NCBI GenBank assembly: GCA_963767735.1
Contig: CAVYES010000006.1
Location: 320,001-384,000, forward strand
Origin: Candidatus Bathyarchaeota archaeon
GTDB lineage: Archaea; Thermoproteota; Bathyarchaeia; Bathyarchaeales; Bathycorpusculaceae
Direction: 5' to 3'
Length of the DNA stretch: 64,000 bases
Part shown: positions 1 through 9,476 of the stretch, one piece after another
Position numbering within the stretch: the stretch's first letter is position 1
Layout: every line of letters begins with the position of its first letter
Position numbers and translations under genes: made by a program
The notes under the pieces: generated by a model
The model's input: only the letters and a program-made list of their open reading frames with translations
What the model was told of the DNA's origin: nothing
The model's database searches: none

Positions 1-459
1 CCCAACAACAGCAGGCAAAGCCAAACCCATAGTTCCAGCCTTCGGATGACCAATCAAAACCGCAGCCTGCCTACGAGCCAAATCCAGCGCATTCGCACCC
101 TTCAAAATAACATCGCCCTCCCTAAGCGAATCAACAACATCCTCAATCAACTTACCCCTCTGCCAAACACCCCGAACAATCACCACATCACCCGGAAAAG
201 CACTAACATCAGGCAACCGACCCGTACCAGTCACAGATCTTTTAGGGGGCAAGGTGATGCCGCGGAAAAAATGTTTCCTCGAAAAATCGTTTTCAATATG
301 ATGAGCCTTGAATATTTCTTCAGCCACATACCCGTTAGTTGTTCCAGCAACAATAACAACCGTCCCATTTTTGAGCGCTTTCCTTACTGCAGGATGGTTA
401 GCCAAGGCTTTAGCAATTAAACGTTTCCCCGCCGCAGGAGTAATCAAGAATTGTTTCAA
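1..459 (-). CDS. Conserved hypothetical protein, running off the window start (not in ORF track)
   Basis: Manual translation from TTG at 459 is open to position 1: [18 protein letters not shown]...[11 protein letters not shown]...[10 protein letters not shown]...LIGHPKAGT. Confidence 0.75.
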   Translation of the reverse strand, partial: MKQFLITPAAGKRLIAKALANHPAVRKALKNGTVVIVAGTTNGYVAEEIFKAHHIENDFSRKHFFRGITLPPKRSVTGTGRLPDVSAFPGDVVIVRGVWQRGKLIEDVVDSLREGDVILKGANALDLARRQAAVLIGHPKAGTMGLALPAVVG

Positions 460-478
460 AGTTAAGCACCTTAGAGAA

Positions 479-512
479 TGTTATTTGAAAGGTGCATTAT
501 AACAATTTTGTT
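479..512 (+). repeat. 34-bp direct repeat, copy 1
   Basis: TGTTATTTGAAAGGTGCATTATAACAATTTTGTT; 32/34 identical to 2851-2884. Confidence 0.85.
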
Positions 513-607
513 CACAGAATTTAAAGTCTTCAGGTAATCACGTAACATTTATTTCTAAAAAGGCAGTTAAGATTCATTAGTAGCCTAAACCAACAGAGTG
601 ATTTTTC

Positions 608-1363
608 ATGAGTAAAGAGCCGGTTGCCTCAGAACCAATGCTTGACGTACGCGCTTACCACTTCCTCGAGTTGCGTCGATTATTCTCAGAAGTGTTAGGA
701 ACATTCTTTCTTGTTTTAGCAGCTGTGGGCGGAGGCGTCGTAAATACCGCAACAAGCGGAGCCATCAGTCAAGCAGCTCTTGTTATTGCGCCTGCTTTAA
801 CGGTGATGGCAGTCATTCTTTTTATGGGAAAGGTTTCTGGGGCTCATCTAAATCCTGCAGTAACCATTGCTTTTGCCGCCAGAGGTGATTTCCCTTGGCG
901 ACGAGCCCCCGGATACATCTTCGCTCAAATTGTGGGTGCTGTAGTAGCATGTTCTTTTCTTGCTCTCACATTTGGTGTGAAGGGAACTTTTGGCTCCACT
1001 GTACCAGGAACTGGGTTTACCAGTCTGCAAGCAGCTTTGGTAGAGTTTGTTCTTACTCTTGGACTTGTTAGCGTAATTCTTGGAACCGCTTCTAAAGCTC
1101 AAAACGTTGGTCCTCTATCCGCGCTTGCAGTTGGCGGTTATATTGCGTTGGCTGGACTTTGGGCAGCTCCTGTATCTGGAGCTTCAATGAATCCAGTGCG
1201 GTCATTTGCCCCTGATCTTTTTCTTCTTAACTTCAATACTTATTGGGTGTACTTGGTGGGACCCTTAGCAGGCGCGTTGCTTGCGGTATTTTTTGCTTAT
1301 CTTCTACGTGGACACAGCAGAGACGAAGAAGCGATTGAAGCTGCACAAGGTGACCTAAAATAA
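608..1363 (+). CDS. Aquaporin / MIP family channel
   Basis: SGAHLNPAVT and GASMNPVRS motifs; six hydrophobic segments. Confidence 0.95.
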   Translation: MSKEPVASEPMLDVRAYHFLELRRLFSEVLGTFFLVLAAVGGGVVNTATSGAISQAALVIAPALTVMAVILFMGKVSGAHLNPAVTIAFAARGDFPWRRAPGYIFAQIVGAVVACSFLALTFGVKGTFGSTVPGTGFTSLQAALVEFVLTLGLVSVILGTASKAQNVGPLSALAVGGYIALAGLWAAPVSGASMNPVRSFAPDLFLLNFNTYWVYLVGPLAGALLAVFFAYLLRGHSRDEEAIEAAQGDLK

Positions 1364-1444
1364 CTGGCATTCGGAGACTACCTATTGCCCATAGAATGAT
1401 AATTGTGAATAAAAAAGGAGGCATGAAAAATTAACGAGTATATT

Positions 1445-2842
1445 TTGCCCGATAGTGGTCTTAGTCGTCAAGAGCGTTGGCTAAAGGGGAAAGAACTAAG
1501 TATAGAGATTCCATGGGAGAGCCACTGTGAGTGGAAACGCCCAAGTAATCTTCAAGACCCCCTTAGCCTGATTCAAGAGCATGATAAAGATCGGTTGTCT
1601 TTTTTGTTGCCTATTAAATATGGGCGTATGGCGGCTTCAGCTTTTGCTTTTCTTAGGGGTTCAGCGGTTGTCATGGCAGCTGACCTTACAAGCACTCCAG
1701 TCACCGGCATCAAAACAATGTTGTGCGGCGACGCGCACTTGTCCAACTTTGGCATCTTTGCATCGCCTGATCGCAAACTAATCTTTGACGTGACCGATTT
1801 TGATGAATGCTACCCGGGTCCGTGGGAATGGGATCTCAAACGCTTGGCCGTGAGTGCAGTTGTTGCGGGGCAGGATAATGGGTTTAAGCCTGAAGATAAT
1901 CGCGAACTAGCCAAGTTTGTTGTGAAAAAGTATCGCAAAGCAATTACAACATTTGCAGGCATGCTAACATTAGATTTATGGTATAGCTATGTTGACGCTA
2001 AACGGCTTTTGAAAGCATTTGGTAATTCTAAAAAAGAGTCGAAAATTTTGAAAAAAGCCATCAATAAGGCCCGTGGTAGAACAGAGGAACAATCACTTGA
2101 GAAGTTCACCGAAGCTGTAAATGGACAACGACGATTTGTTAATAATCCGCCATTGATGGTTCGTTTAACGGGCGTTCCTGAGGGTAATTCTGTGGCGGAG
2201 AATGTTGAAGTGGTAAGAAATGATCTTGAAAAAGCCTGGTTTGAGTATGGCGCCAGCGTTGAAGTAGATCGTCGCGAGCTTCTGAGTCGTTACCGCATCG
2301 TTGATGCCGCTTTAAGGGTGGTGGGCGTGGGCAGTGTGGGGACCAGATGCTTCATAGCTTTGTTGGAGGCCAACTCAATTGATGATGAAATTGTGCTGCA
2401 GCAAAAGGAAGCTGAAACTTCGGTATTAGAACCCTACTTGCCCCAACAAGAATTTGCCAATCATGCAGACCGTGTGGTAACAGGACAGCGGCTGATGCAG
2501 TCGGCAAGCGACACCTTTTTGGGATGCAGCCGCGGTTTTGTTTCCTCCGGGCGCGACTATTATTGGCGACAGCTGAGAGATATGAAAGGATCCATCGATT
2601 TTTCTTTGTTGGGCCTAAAAGGTCTTGAGGATTATCTTGCTTGTTGCAGCTACTGTTTGGCATTGGGCCATGCTCGTTCAGGAGATGTTGTCCGGATTGC
2701 AGGATATCTGGATAAGGGCAAACCATTCGACGAGGCGATTGCAAACTTTAGCGTTTCCTACGCAAAACAAACCGAGCACGATTATCACGCTCTGATGGAT
2801 GCGATCAAGACTGGTCGTATTATTGCTCAGAAAGGCGTTTGA
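1445..2842 (+). CDS. DUF2252 family protein
   Basis: FAFLRGSA, CGDAHLSNFG, DFDE..GPWEWDLKRLA, VVGVGSVGTR, RQLRDMKGS and HARSGD motifs. Confidence 0.9.
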   Translation: MPDSGLSRQERWLKGKELSIEIPWESHCEWKRPSNLQDPLSLIQEHDKDRLSFLLPIKYGRMAASAFAFLRGSAVVMAADLTSTPVTGIKTMLCGDAHLSNFGIFASPDRKLIFDVTDFDECYPGPWEWDLKRLAVSAVVAGQDNGFKPEDNRELAKFVVKKYRKAITTFAGMLTLDLWYSYVDAKRLLKAFGNSKKESKILKKAINKARGRTEEQSLEKFTEAVNGQRRFVNNPPLMVRLTGVPEGNSVAENVEVVRNDLEKAWFEYGASVEVDRRELLSRYRIVDAALRVVGVGSVGTRCFIALLEANSIDDEIVLQQKEAETSVLEPYLPQQEFANHADRVVTGQRLMQSASDTFLGCSRGFVSSGRDYYWRQLRDMKGSIDFSLLGLKGLEDYLACCSYCLALGHARSGDVVRIAGYLDKGKPFDEAIANFSVSYAKQTEHDYHALMDAIKTGRIIAQKGV

Positions 2843-2850
2843 TTGGGGAT

Positions 2851-2884
2851 TGTTATTTGAAAGGTACATTATAATAATTTTGTT
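2851..2884 (+). repeat. 34-bp direct repeat, copy 2
   Basis: TGTTATTTGAAAGGTACATTATAATAATTTTGTT; matches 479-512. Confidence 0.85.
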
Positions 2885-3069
2885 GAGGGAATCTCCTGCA
2901 AATGATATTGCAATAGACATAATTGATTACTCAATTGTGAGTAATAATTGGGGATACCTCTTAGCAAATAAGCTAGTAAACGCCTCATTTTTTCAAAAAT
3001 AAGCGTATTTACCGGAATTTCGCTTCAGAAAAAATGAGTAATAAGTAATCTGCTGAATTTGGAAGAGGC

Positions 3070-3315
3070 TCAGAGTGTTTCTTCTGTTGGAGTTGCGTCG
3101 CGTCGCTTTTGGTATTCTGCGTATTGTACGTCGAATTGTCTGCGTTCTTCTGAGTTAAGCCATGCCCTGGCTCGCGCTACCCCGTCATCGATTTGTCTTT
3201 GTCTCTCTACTTTTTGCTCTTCAGGTGAAGGCTTCTGCCGCGCCTGATACCTCTCACTCGTTTGCTTTGCATCTTTTTCGTCGGCTTTGTGAATTTCTTC
3301 ACAGCTCATCGTCAT
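3070..3315 (-). CDS. Hypothetical protein (charged, helical)
   Basis: 81-aa ORF overlapping the GHKL stop codon (ATGA). Confidence 0.45.
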   Translation of the reverse strand: MTMSCEEIHKADEKDAKQTSERYQARQKPSPEEQKVERQRQIDDGVARARAWLNSEERRQFDVQYAEYQKRRDATPTEETL

Positions 3316-4085
3316 ATGCGAGCTAAATCAAAAATATTAGGGTCATCAGCATTTACAGTTCGTCCGTACACTTTTATATAGACTCCTGCAAAATCGCCCA
3401 AAGGAGCATCGGAGATAACTATTTTGCCTTCGACTTTTCCCGCCAAATTTAGATTTAGGTCGACCGGGTATTCTTTTCCTTTTATTACATCTTCGGGTCT
3501 GAGCAACTCGCCGTTAATTGTTACCTGAAATTCTGGGCTCAATGGCATGTTTCTCGCTATTCGTCTTATTGCAGTTTGTTCTTCGAGAGTTTTCTTCAAC
3601 CCTAAGAGTTCAATCGTGGTTCCATCTTCGTCTTTGGTAGGCGATTCAACTACGTTTATTTTTTCCTCTCCAATGATTTTATGAGCAAGTATCTTTCCAA
3701 AATCTAAGATTAAAGTGCGTTGCAAACCATTTTTTCTCGTAGTAATTTTGCACCGGTTACAAATAACATGCATAGAGAGTTTACCAATGCCAAACTTGCC
3801 GATTGTATATCTACGAAGTTTTCTGGTTTTTCTGTCTCCCTGTTTTTCACTGTACCCTAACATAAAATAGTTTTCGAGGTCTGTTCTATCCATACCTGCT
3901 CCATTATCCCGAAGTATCAATCTTTCCTGAGAAATCTTAATATCGACTTTTGTGGCATCGGCATCGTAAGAATTCGATATTAATTCATCAAGAACATAAT
4001 AGGCGTTCTTATAGAGACTTGAGCTTAATGTTTGTATTAGTTCTGCTCCTGCTTTAATTGAAGTCGAATAAGAATCAATTGACAT
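3312..4085 (-). CDS. GHKL (HATPase_c_3 / MORC-like) ATPase, probably C-terminally truncated
   Basis: ELISNSYDADA, DNGAGM, IGKFGIGK and DGTTI Bergerat-fold motifs; ends early in the S5-like region. Confidence 0.8.
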   Translation of the reverse strand: MSIDSYSTSIKAGAELIQTLSSSLYKNAYYVLDELISNSYDADATKVDIKISQERLILRDNGAGMDRTDLENYFMLGYSEKQGDRKTRKLRRYTIGKFGIGKLSMHVICNRCKITTRKNGLQRTLILDFGKILAHKIIGEEKINVVESPTKDEDGTTIELLGLKKTLEEQTAIRRIARNMPLSPEFQVTINGELLRPEDVIKGKEYPVDLNLNLAGKVEGKIVISDAPLGDFAGVYIKVYGRTVNADDPNIFDLARI

Positions 4086-4086
4086 T

Positions 4087-5115
4087 TCAGTTATCTCCTT
4101 GTTTTTGGTTATATGTGGTGAGAATTTCTTTTCCATATTGAGTTAATGAATAAGTAACATCAACTCCTCGTCTAAGACGAGTAATTAATCCAAGTTCGTT
4201 TAGCCTGCTAATTGCTCCTGCCCTAATTGTGTTAATCATAGCTTCTGACCAGCCTCTTGAGAGAGGAAGAATTTCTTTGTTTAAGTCGGAAGGAGATGGC
4301 TTGCCATTGTTCATTGCATTCAAAATTAAGATATTGAGCTGTCTTTCTCGGCTAAGATTTTGAAATGTATGTTTGATGTAAAATGAACTCTCTTCTTCGC
4401 TCAAGCTTTTCTTAAAGTTTAAGTCGTCAAGAATCGGATTTTTCATTACTGCAAATTTGAGACCTGCTTCGGTAATGCCGACGTATTGTTTGTTTTCTTC
4501 ATTCTCAAAAATGTTTAGAAGTTTTAATGCTCCCGGGGCTCCTTCTATTCTTCCAGCTCTTGTATAGTAGCCGACAAAATGATTGATAAATCGTTTTTCA
4601 GTTTTGTTTATATTTCTCCCGGTAGGCAAGGCTGAAGCAAGCATCTCGCCATATTTTCTTCCACTCTTCTTGTCCTCTTTCTTTAACATTAGTCCAACTT
4701 CTCGTGCAGCTTCAACTGCTTGCTTATGTAGCAAATTTAGTTCAATTGATTCATTGTCCTTCAAAATATTTGCGAGAACTCTGAGAGTTATTTTTACTGG
4801 AAAAAGCCGATTATACTGTCCCCATAAACAATCGTTTGGTATTTTCGCGTTTTCTGGCGGAAATGAAGTCCTAATTGATTCAGGAACAAAGTTTATTGTT
4901 AAATTCGAAATTAAGGCTTGTGCTTTAGGAAGTCTTGATTCAGAGATTGGTGTTTTAATTAAGTTCGCCAAAGTCTCTTTTGGACTATCTTCTATCAAAA
5001 TCTGATTCTGGAAGGCGACGTTTGCGAACTGTGATGTTGATTCATATTTGCCTTGATTTACTAATCCGTCCACTTTTTTTGCTAATTCTGGCGGAATGTC
5101 AACGATGTATTTCAA
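4087..5115 (-). CDS. Hypothetical DNA-binding protein (N-terminal RHH-like, C-terminal winged helix)
   Basis: MKYIVDIPPELAKKVDGLVNQGKYESTSQF is RHH-like; ISRLNELGLI...YSLTQYG is a wHTH wing. Confidence 0.7.
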   Translation of the reverse strand: MKYIVDIPPELAKKVDGLVNQGKYESTSQFANVAFQNQILIEDSPKETLANLIKTPISESRLPKAQALISNLTINFVPESIRTSFPPENAKIPNDCLWGQYNRLFPVKITLRVLANILKDNESIELNLLHKQAVEAAREVGLMLKKEDKKSGRKYGEMLASALPTGRNINKTEKRFINHFVGYYTRAGRIEGAPGALKLLNIFENEENKQYVGITEAGLKFAVMKNPILDDLNFKKSLSEEESSFYIKHTFQNLSRERQLNILILNAMNNGKPSPSDLNKEILPLSRGWSEAMINTIRAGAISRLNELGLITRLRRGVDVTYSLTQYGKEILTTYNQKQGDN

Positions 5116-5401
5116 CTCTACACCACTAATAGGTAACTTATTAAATTTATATATAAATATTGCTATTTTACCATTATTTTATCCATTTAGCCATTAATTT
5201 ATTTTATAAATTAACTTATTAATGAAAATGAACCCACAGAAACTTGTTAAGCTTTGAGCAAATATAAAATGGATTGACTGAGCAGAAATCTCAAACTATT
5301 TCTGGCTTCGTTCCTAAAAAGTTGACAAAAACATAAAAGAAAATTGCAACACTATAAAAGGAATATTATGCCGTTCGAGACGTAATCAGGAGATAAAAAT
5401 C

Positions 5402-5854
5402 ATGAATAAAAAAGCGAATGTGGATTGGAGCAAGGCTGGAAAAAAGGCAGCGAAAACAAGAAAGAAAAATACTCAAAAAAGACTTCATAGTGAAAGAGGC
5501 AAAAAAGCGCATCGTGACACCATTGGTCCAAGCGAACGGGGTTTTGTCAAATACCTTGTCGAATCAAATAGCGCCAAAGAGAACGAGGTTTTTCACCATG
5601 AAGGTCTCCCGGACATAATAAAAATAACAGCTTCAGGAAAAATTGAGTTTTTTGAGATAAAACCCAAAAAAGGCTCAAGAAAACAATGTCTTCTAAATCC
5701 AAGACAAAACAAAACCATCAAGAAACTTCTTGCAAATGATATGGTTGCCGGGGTTACAGTAGTCTACTATGAGAAAAAAGGGAAAAAGCCAATTTATACA
5801 AGTCAACAGAAAGTAACTTTAGAAAACATAGACCAGTTTTCATTGCTCAAGTAA
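5402..5854 (+). CDS. VRR-NUC-like PD-(D/E)xK nuclease
   Basis: GLPDII...FFEIK...LNPRQ pattern; basic N-terminus. Confidence 0.7.
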   Translation: MNKKANVDWSKAGKKAAKTRKKNTQKRLHSERGKKAHRDTIGPSERGFVKYLVESNSAKENEVFHHEGLPDIIKITASGKIEFFEIKPKKGSRKQCLLNPRQNKTIKKLLANDMVAGVTVVYYEKKGKKPIYTSQQKVTLENIDQFSLLK

Positions 5855-5897
5855 GCTTAAAGCACCCGCATCAAATGAATCTTATGAATAACCGATG

Positions 5898-6987
5898 CTA
5901 TCCCAGTTCTTCCTCAATTTGTTTTAGAGCTTTGGAGGACCCGAATGAGCAACGTATTGAAACAACGCGCTTATTTCTAAGTAGTTTGGATAACTGTTTA
6001 TTATTTTGAATCAAATTCTTTGCTGCTTCCTTCGGTGAGCGAGAGACGATTAAAAGTCTCAAAGAATGGTTCTGTTCGAGTGCAACATTAAAAATCCTAT
6101 TTATGTGTTGGTCACGAAAAGAGAATCCAACGACTATACACACCTCTGCTTTAGCCAAAGACTCTGAAAAGCTAGACATCAGCTCCCTATAAATTCCAGC
6201 TTCTTCCATTCGAGGCTTAGTCCCAAAAATTACAAATTCATTTCCATCCCAACGTGTCGAGTCTTTAGGAATTAATGCTTGTGTGCTGTTAACCGTTATT
6301 TTTTTAGTTTTTTTATCTACCATCCAATCAAGTGAACCATGAAGCTTCGTTAAAGAGATTTTTTCAAATTGTTCTTCTCTCCATTGCAAACGACCTGATT
6401 TAGAACTGAAAGTATGCAACCAGTACTGGAATTTTTTGAATAGTCTTCAATTACGTTATCATAATTCGTTGTGAAAACCTCGATTATTTTATGCTCTTTG
6501 TTATTTTCTGTGTAATTACGCAATAAGCGGAAAAAACCCGAAAATACTCGCGTTATCTCTTGATATTGAATCACTTTTGATTCGTACTGCTTGAATGTTA
6601 ATTGGACAACATTTTCCCGCAGTTTTCTAGCTATGCTGACAAGATAAAACCATTTAAATTGACCGATTAGTTGCGGAGAATATCTTTTCTGTTTACCTTC
6701 TTCAAAATTGACTAACAAAGGATTCCAGCGGATAAACCCAGCCAATCGTCCTTTTTCAGAAATGGTATTTAACTCTAAAATTAGGTCGAGAATCTCAACT
6801 ACATGTTCAACGTCATAGACTGTCAAAGGCAAGTTCCTAATTGAATTTAATAGTTGCTTTTCCTCTCCAGAAGTAGTCATACTCAGGATTTCGAGAAAAG
6901 TTTTTGTGGTCGGATAACCGAACGGCACGGACGCTCCTGCCCCAAAAAAGTTACAATCTTCTTTGGAAACTTGACTGGATATGACAT
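5898..6987 (-). pseudogene. SIR2-like (SIR2_2) protein, disrupted by two frameshifts
   Basis: GAGASVPFG, FTTNYD, KLHGSLDW and VVGFSFRDQHIN are spread across frames; shifts at ~6945 and ~6410. Confidence 0.8.
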
Positions 6988-7154
6988 ATAATTAATTATT
7001 ACTACATCAAAAGAAAAGCTTTTGCCTTTGACGCACGTTGCATATTAATATGATTAAGTAAGTGCGGAATTTGCTTGCGGCTTTATCTTTTGCGAGGGCT
7101 GAGTTTTCTTTTTCTTTTTCTTTTTTGCCCCTCATTACTATTTATTTTATGAGT

Positions 7155-7345
7155 GGTAATTTTTCTTTAATTTTTTTACCCCTAAGACTATTTGCTATTT
7201 AATTTACGAGGGGTAAGTTTTACTGTGTTTTTTACTCCTCATACCATTAGTAACTATTATTATTCTTCACTTACCCACAATACCAGCTACTAACACCCTA
7301 ACCTTAGGGTAGGTCGTAAGTGTGTGTGGGACTAAATTTTAATCT
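7155..7345 (+). repeat. Family A non-coding repeat, copy 1
   Basis: Alternating TTACCCCTCAT-like boxes, a C-rich tract, then GTGTGTGGGACTAAATTTTAATC; aligns with 10391-10587. Confidence 0.85.
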
Positions 7346-7376
7346 GGCGTATGAAATTAGTTTAAATTGAAAGCAA

Positions 7377-8246
7377 TTGAGAACCAGATGGGATAATGAA
7401 ATGACATCCTCAGAAATTGAAATGGACTTGTGTTTCGAAAAAATAATGACAAAAGAAGTATTGTTTTATTGCGATGAATTCGAAGAAGACTGCAAGGTTT
7501 TCTGTGAAAAAAGAAACATAACATATCTTCCTTGTAAGAACGACTATGGTTTATGTTACATATTGGAGGGCGATAGATTCAAACAAGAGAAAATCGAAGA
7601 ATCACAAAAAGTAAACATTAAAGACAAAATCTTTGATTTTTCCATTCAAGAGAAGTTTGAGAAACATCAGGTTCTTTTTGTTTTTATGAAGGATGACCTG
7701 CATGGGGTTGTCCATTTTTGTGATTACAACAGAAATCCAGTTGCCATTTACGTATATTCTTTGCTACTCAAGTTTGAACAGTCATTAAGAGAACTGCTAA
7801 TTTCAAAGGGCTTGACCAATAATGACATGATAACTTTTTTTGAAAAACAAGTCAAGAAGAACAAAAATAATGAATACTATTTAAGAAAAGTTGAAAACTC
7901 CAAAAAACTGGAAAAACAAAAAGAAATGAAAGAATTAGAGCTATTCCAAACATTTCACTTGAAAGACTTAATCGATTTATTGCATTCCAAAAAAATATAT
8001 GAGGTCCCCCAAGTCATAAATCTGGAACTAAGAAACCCCATAATGCATGCTAAAAACGTAGTAAAACATGAGGACTACGAAAATTCGTCTTTGATTTACA
8101 ATTTTAAGTCGTTTTGCAATTTTCTTGAACTCGTTAATTCTCTTCGGTCAGAAAATGAAAACCTATCTCAAATGATTCCTCTGGAAGCGAAGCAAGAATA
8201 CGTAACAAGATTAAAAAATGCAGGACTTTTTGTTAAACTCTCATAG
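7377..8246 (+). CDS. Putative CBS-like + HEPN (RxxxxH) protein
   Basis: LHGVVHFCDYNRNPV..YVYSLLLKFEQSLREL followed by LRNPIMH (Rx4H). Confidence 0.65.
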   Translation: MRTRWDNEMTSSEIEMDLCFEKIMTKEVLFYCDEFEEDCKVFCEKRNITYLPCKNDYGLCYILEGDRFKQEKIEESQKVNIKDKIFDFSIQEKFEKHQVLFVFMKDDLHGVVHFCDYNRNPVAIYVYSLLLKFEQSLRELLISKGLTNNDMITFFEKQVKKNKNNEYYLRKVENSKKLEKQKEMKELELFQTFHLKDLIDLLHSKKIYEVPQVINLELRNPIMHAKNVVKHEDYENSSLIYNFKSFCNFLELVNSLRSENENLSQMIPLEAKQEYVTRLKNAGLFVKLS

Positions 8247-8414
8247 CGCGCGTTTTTCAAGCTCTTCGTATTGGGTCATAAAGACTCAACGGAGTTATGA
8301 AAATAAAAGATTTTGCTATGGCGTAAACTCGTTTCCTGCAAATTTTGTTTCTGAATTGTAAAAGCTTTCTTCGAATTATTCAATTTACTCATGTTTTGAA
8401 AAGTGAATAATCCA

Positions 8415-9074
8415 TTATTTTATCAAAGCTTCTACGATTGGTGCAATTTTTGTGTATAGACTGACCACGCCTTTTATTGTGGAAACAACTTTCAAAGCGG
8501 TCCAGGCTTTTCTAATTATATCCTTATCAGGTTTAGGTTTTGCAAGTTGAGATTTTATGGTTTCTATCTCAGCTTGAGAGTTCAATTTTTCTTCATCATT
8601 CAATTCACTGCTAAGTCTAACTTGCTTCCCTAAAGCCTCAAGTGATTCAAAAAGCTCGGAAAACTCATTTCTGATATAGTTGTTGTTACCTATTGAAATT
8701 ATTCCATGAATATTGGTTACGTTTATGCCTGAGAGTTTGTTTTCCTTTTGGAATTTGGACGATTTCTCAAAGTAATCTATTCCGTCACTTGATATTCTGT
8801 AAAGCTCTTTTTTGGAAGTGATTGTTCTTTTGCCTGTATAAAATTGCGATTCTTCAGTTTCTTTTCTCAGCCATCCGTTTTCAAGGAGATAAATCATGTT
8901 CCTGATGACCCATTTCTTTTCCAAACCTTCCTTCTTCAAATCTGAAGTTACCTTACTTATGAGTATCTTGCAACTACTCATACCTCGAGGGTTTTTGTAA
9001 GCATTGTAAAAATAATTTAGAATTTTGACTCTTATTTCATCTTCAGAGGGAGTTTCTATTATTGGCTTAGGCAT
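8415..9074 (-). CDS. Hypothetical protein (wHTH-like N-terminus, helical C-terminus)
   Basis: YLLENGWL..YRISSDGIDYFE; C-terminal IETIKSQLAKPKPDKDIIRKAW. Confidence 0.75.
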   Translation of the reverse strand: MPKPIIETPSEDEIRVKILNYFYNAYKNPRGMSSCKILISKVTSDLKKEGLEKKWVIRNMIYLLENGWLRKETEESQFYTGKRTITSKKELYRISSDGIDYFEKSSKFQKENKLSGINVTNIHGIISIGNNNYIRNEFSELFESLEALGKQVRLSSELNDEEKLNSQAEIETIKSQLAKPKPDKDIIRKAWTALKVVSTIKGVVSLYTKIAPIVEALIK

Positions 9075-9476
9075 ATTTATTATTATAATGGATGAGCTTA
9101 AAAATTCTATTCTTGAATTGTAAAAAAACTAATATAATGAAACCTTTGATATCTACCATTTAGGTTTCAAAGAACAAGCATTGACGAGGTGACTATATGG
9201 GATACGGAGGCGGGGCACCAGCGCGCGCCTGAAGAATAAGGTTCAATAAGGGTTAACTTCATTTTCACTCGGTAGCATAGTATTCTGTACTCGTCTTAAT
9301 AATTTTTGCATCAAATTATTCACTAAAAAATTAGAGTGTCATGTTGTGTCGTACGGTGTCGTGTTGCGGTAGCGGTTGTGGGTGTGTTGAGTAGGGGTAG
9401 GGTAGTAGGGGGTTAGTATTTAGTAGAAGTTAAGAGTTTCAAGGATGGGGGAAAAAGATAAATTTAATCCCGTCGT

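Noticed and set aside
46-502. Plus-strand ORFs 46-420 and 308-502
   Set aside because: Shadows of the minus-strand gene at 1-459.
479-512. Canonical XerA dif site
   Set aside because: Does not fit two 11-bp arms around a 6-bp spacer; kept only as a direct repeat.
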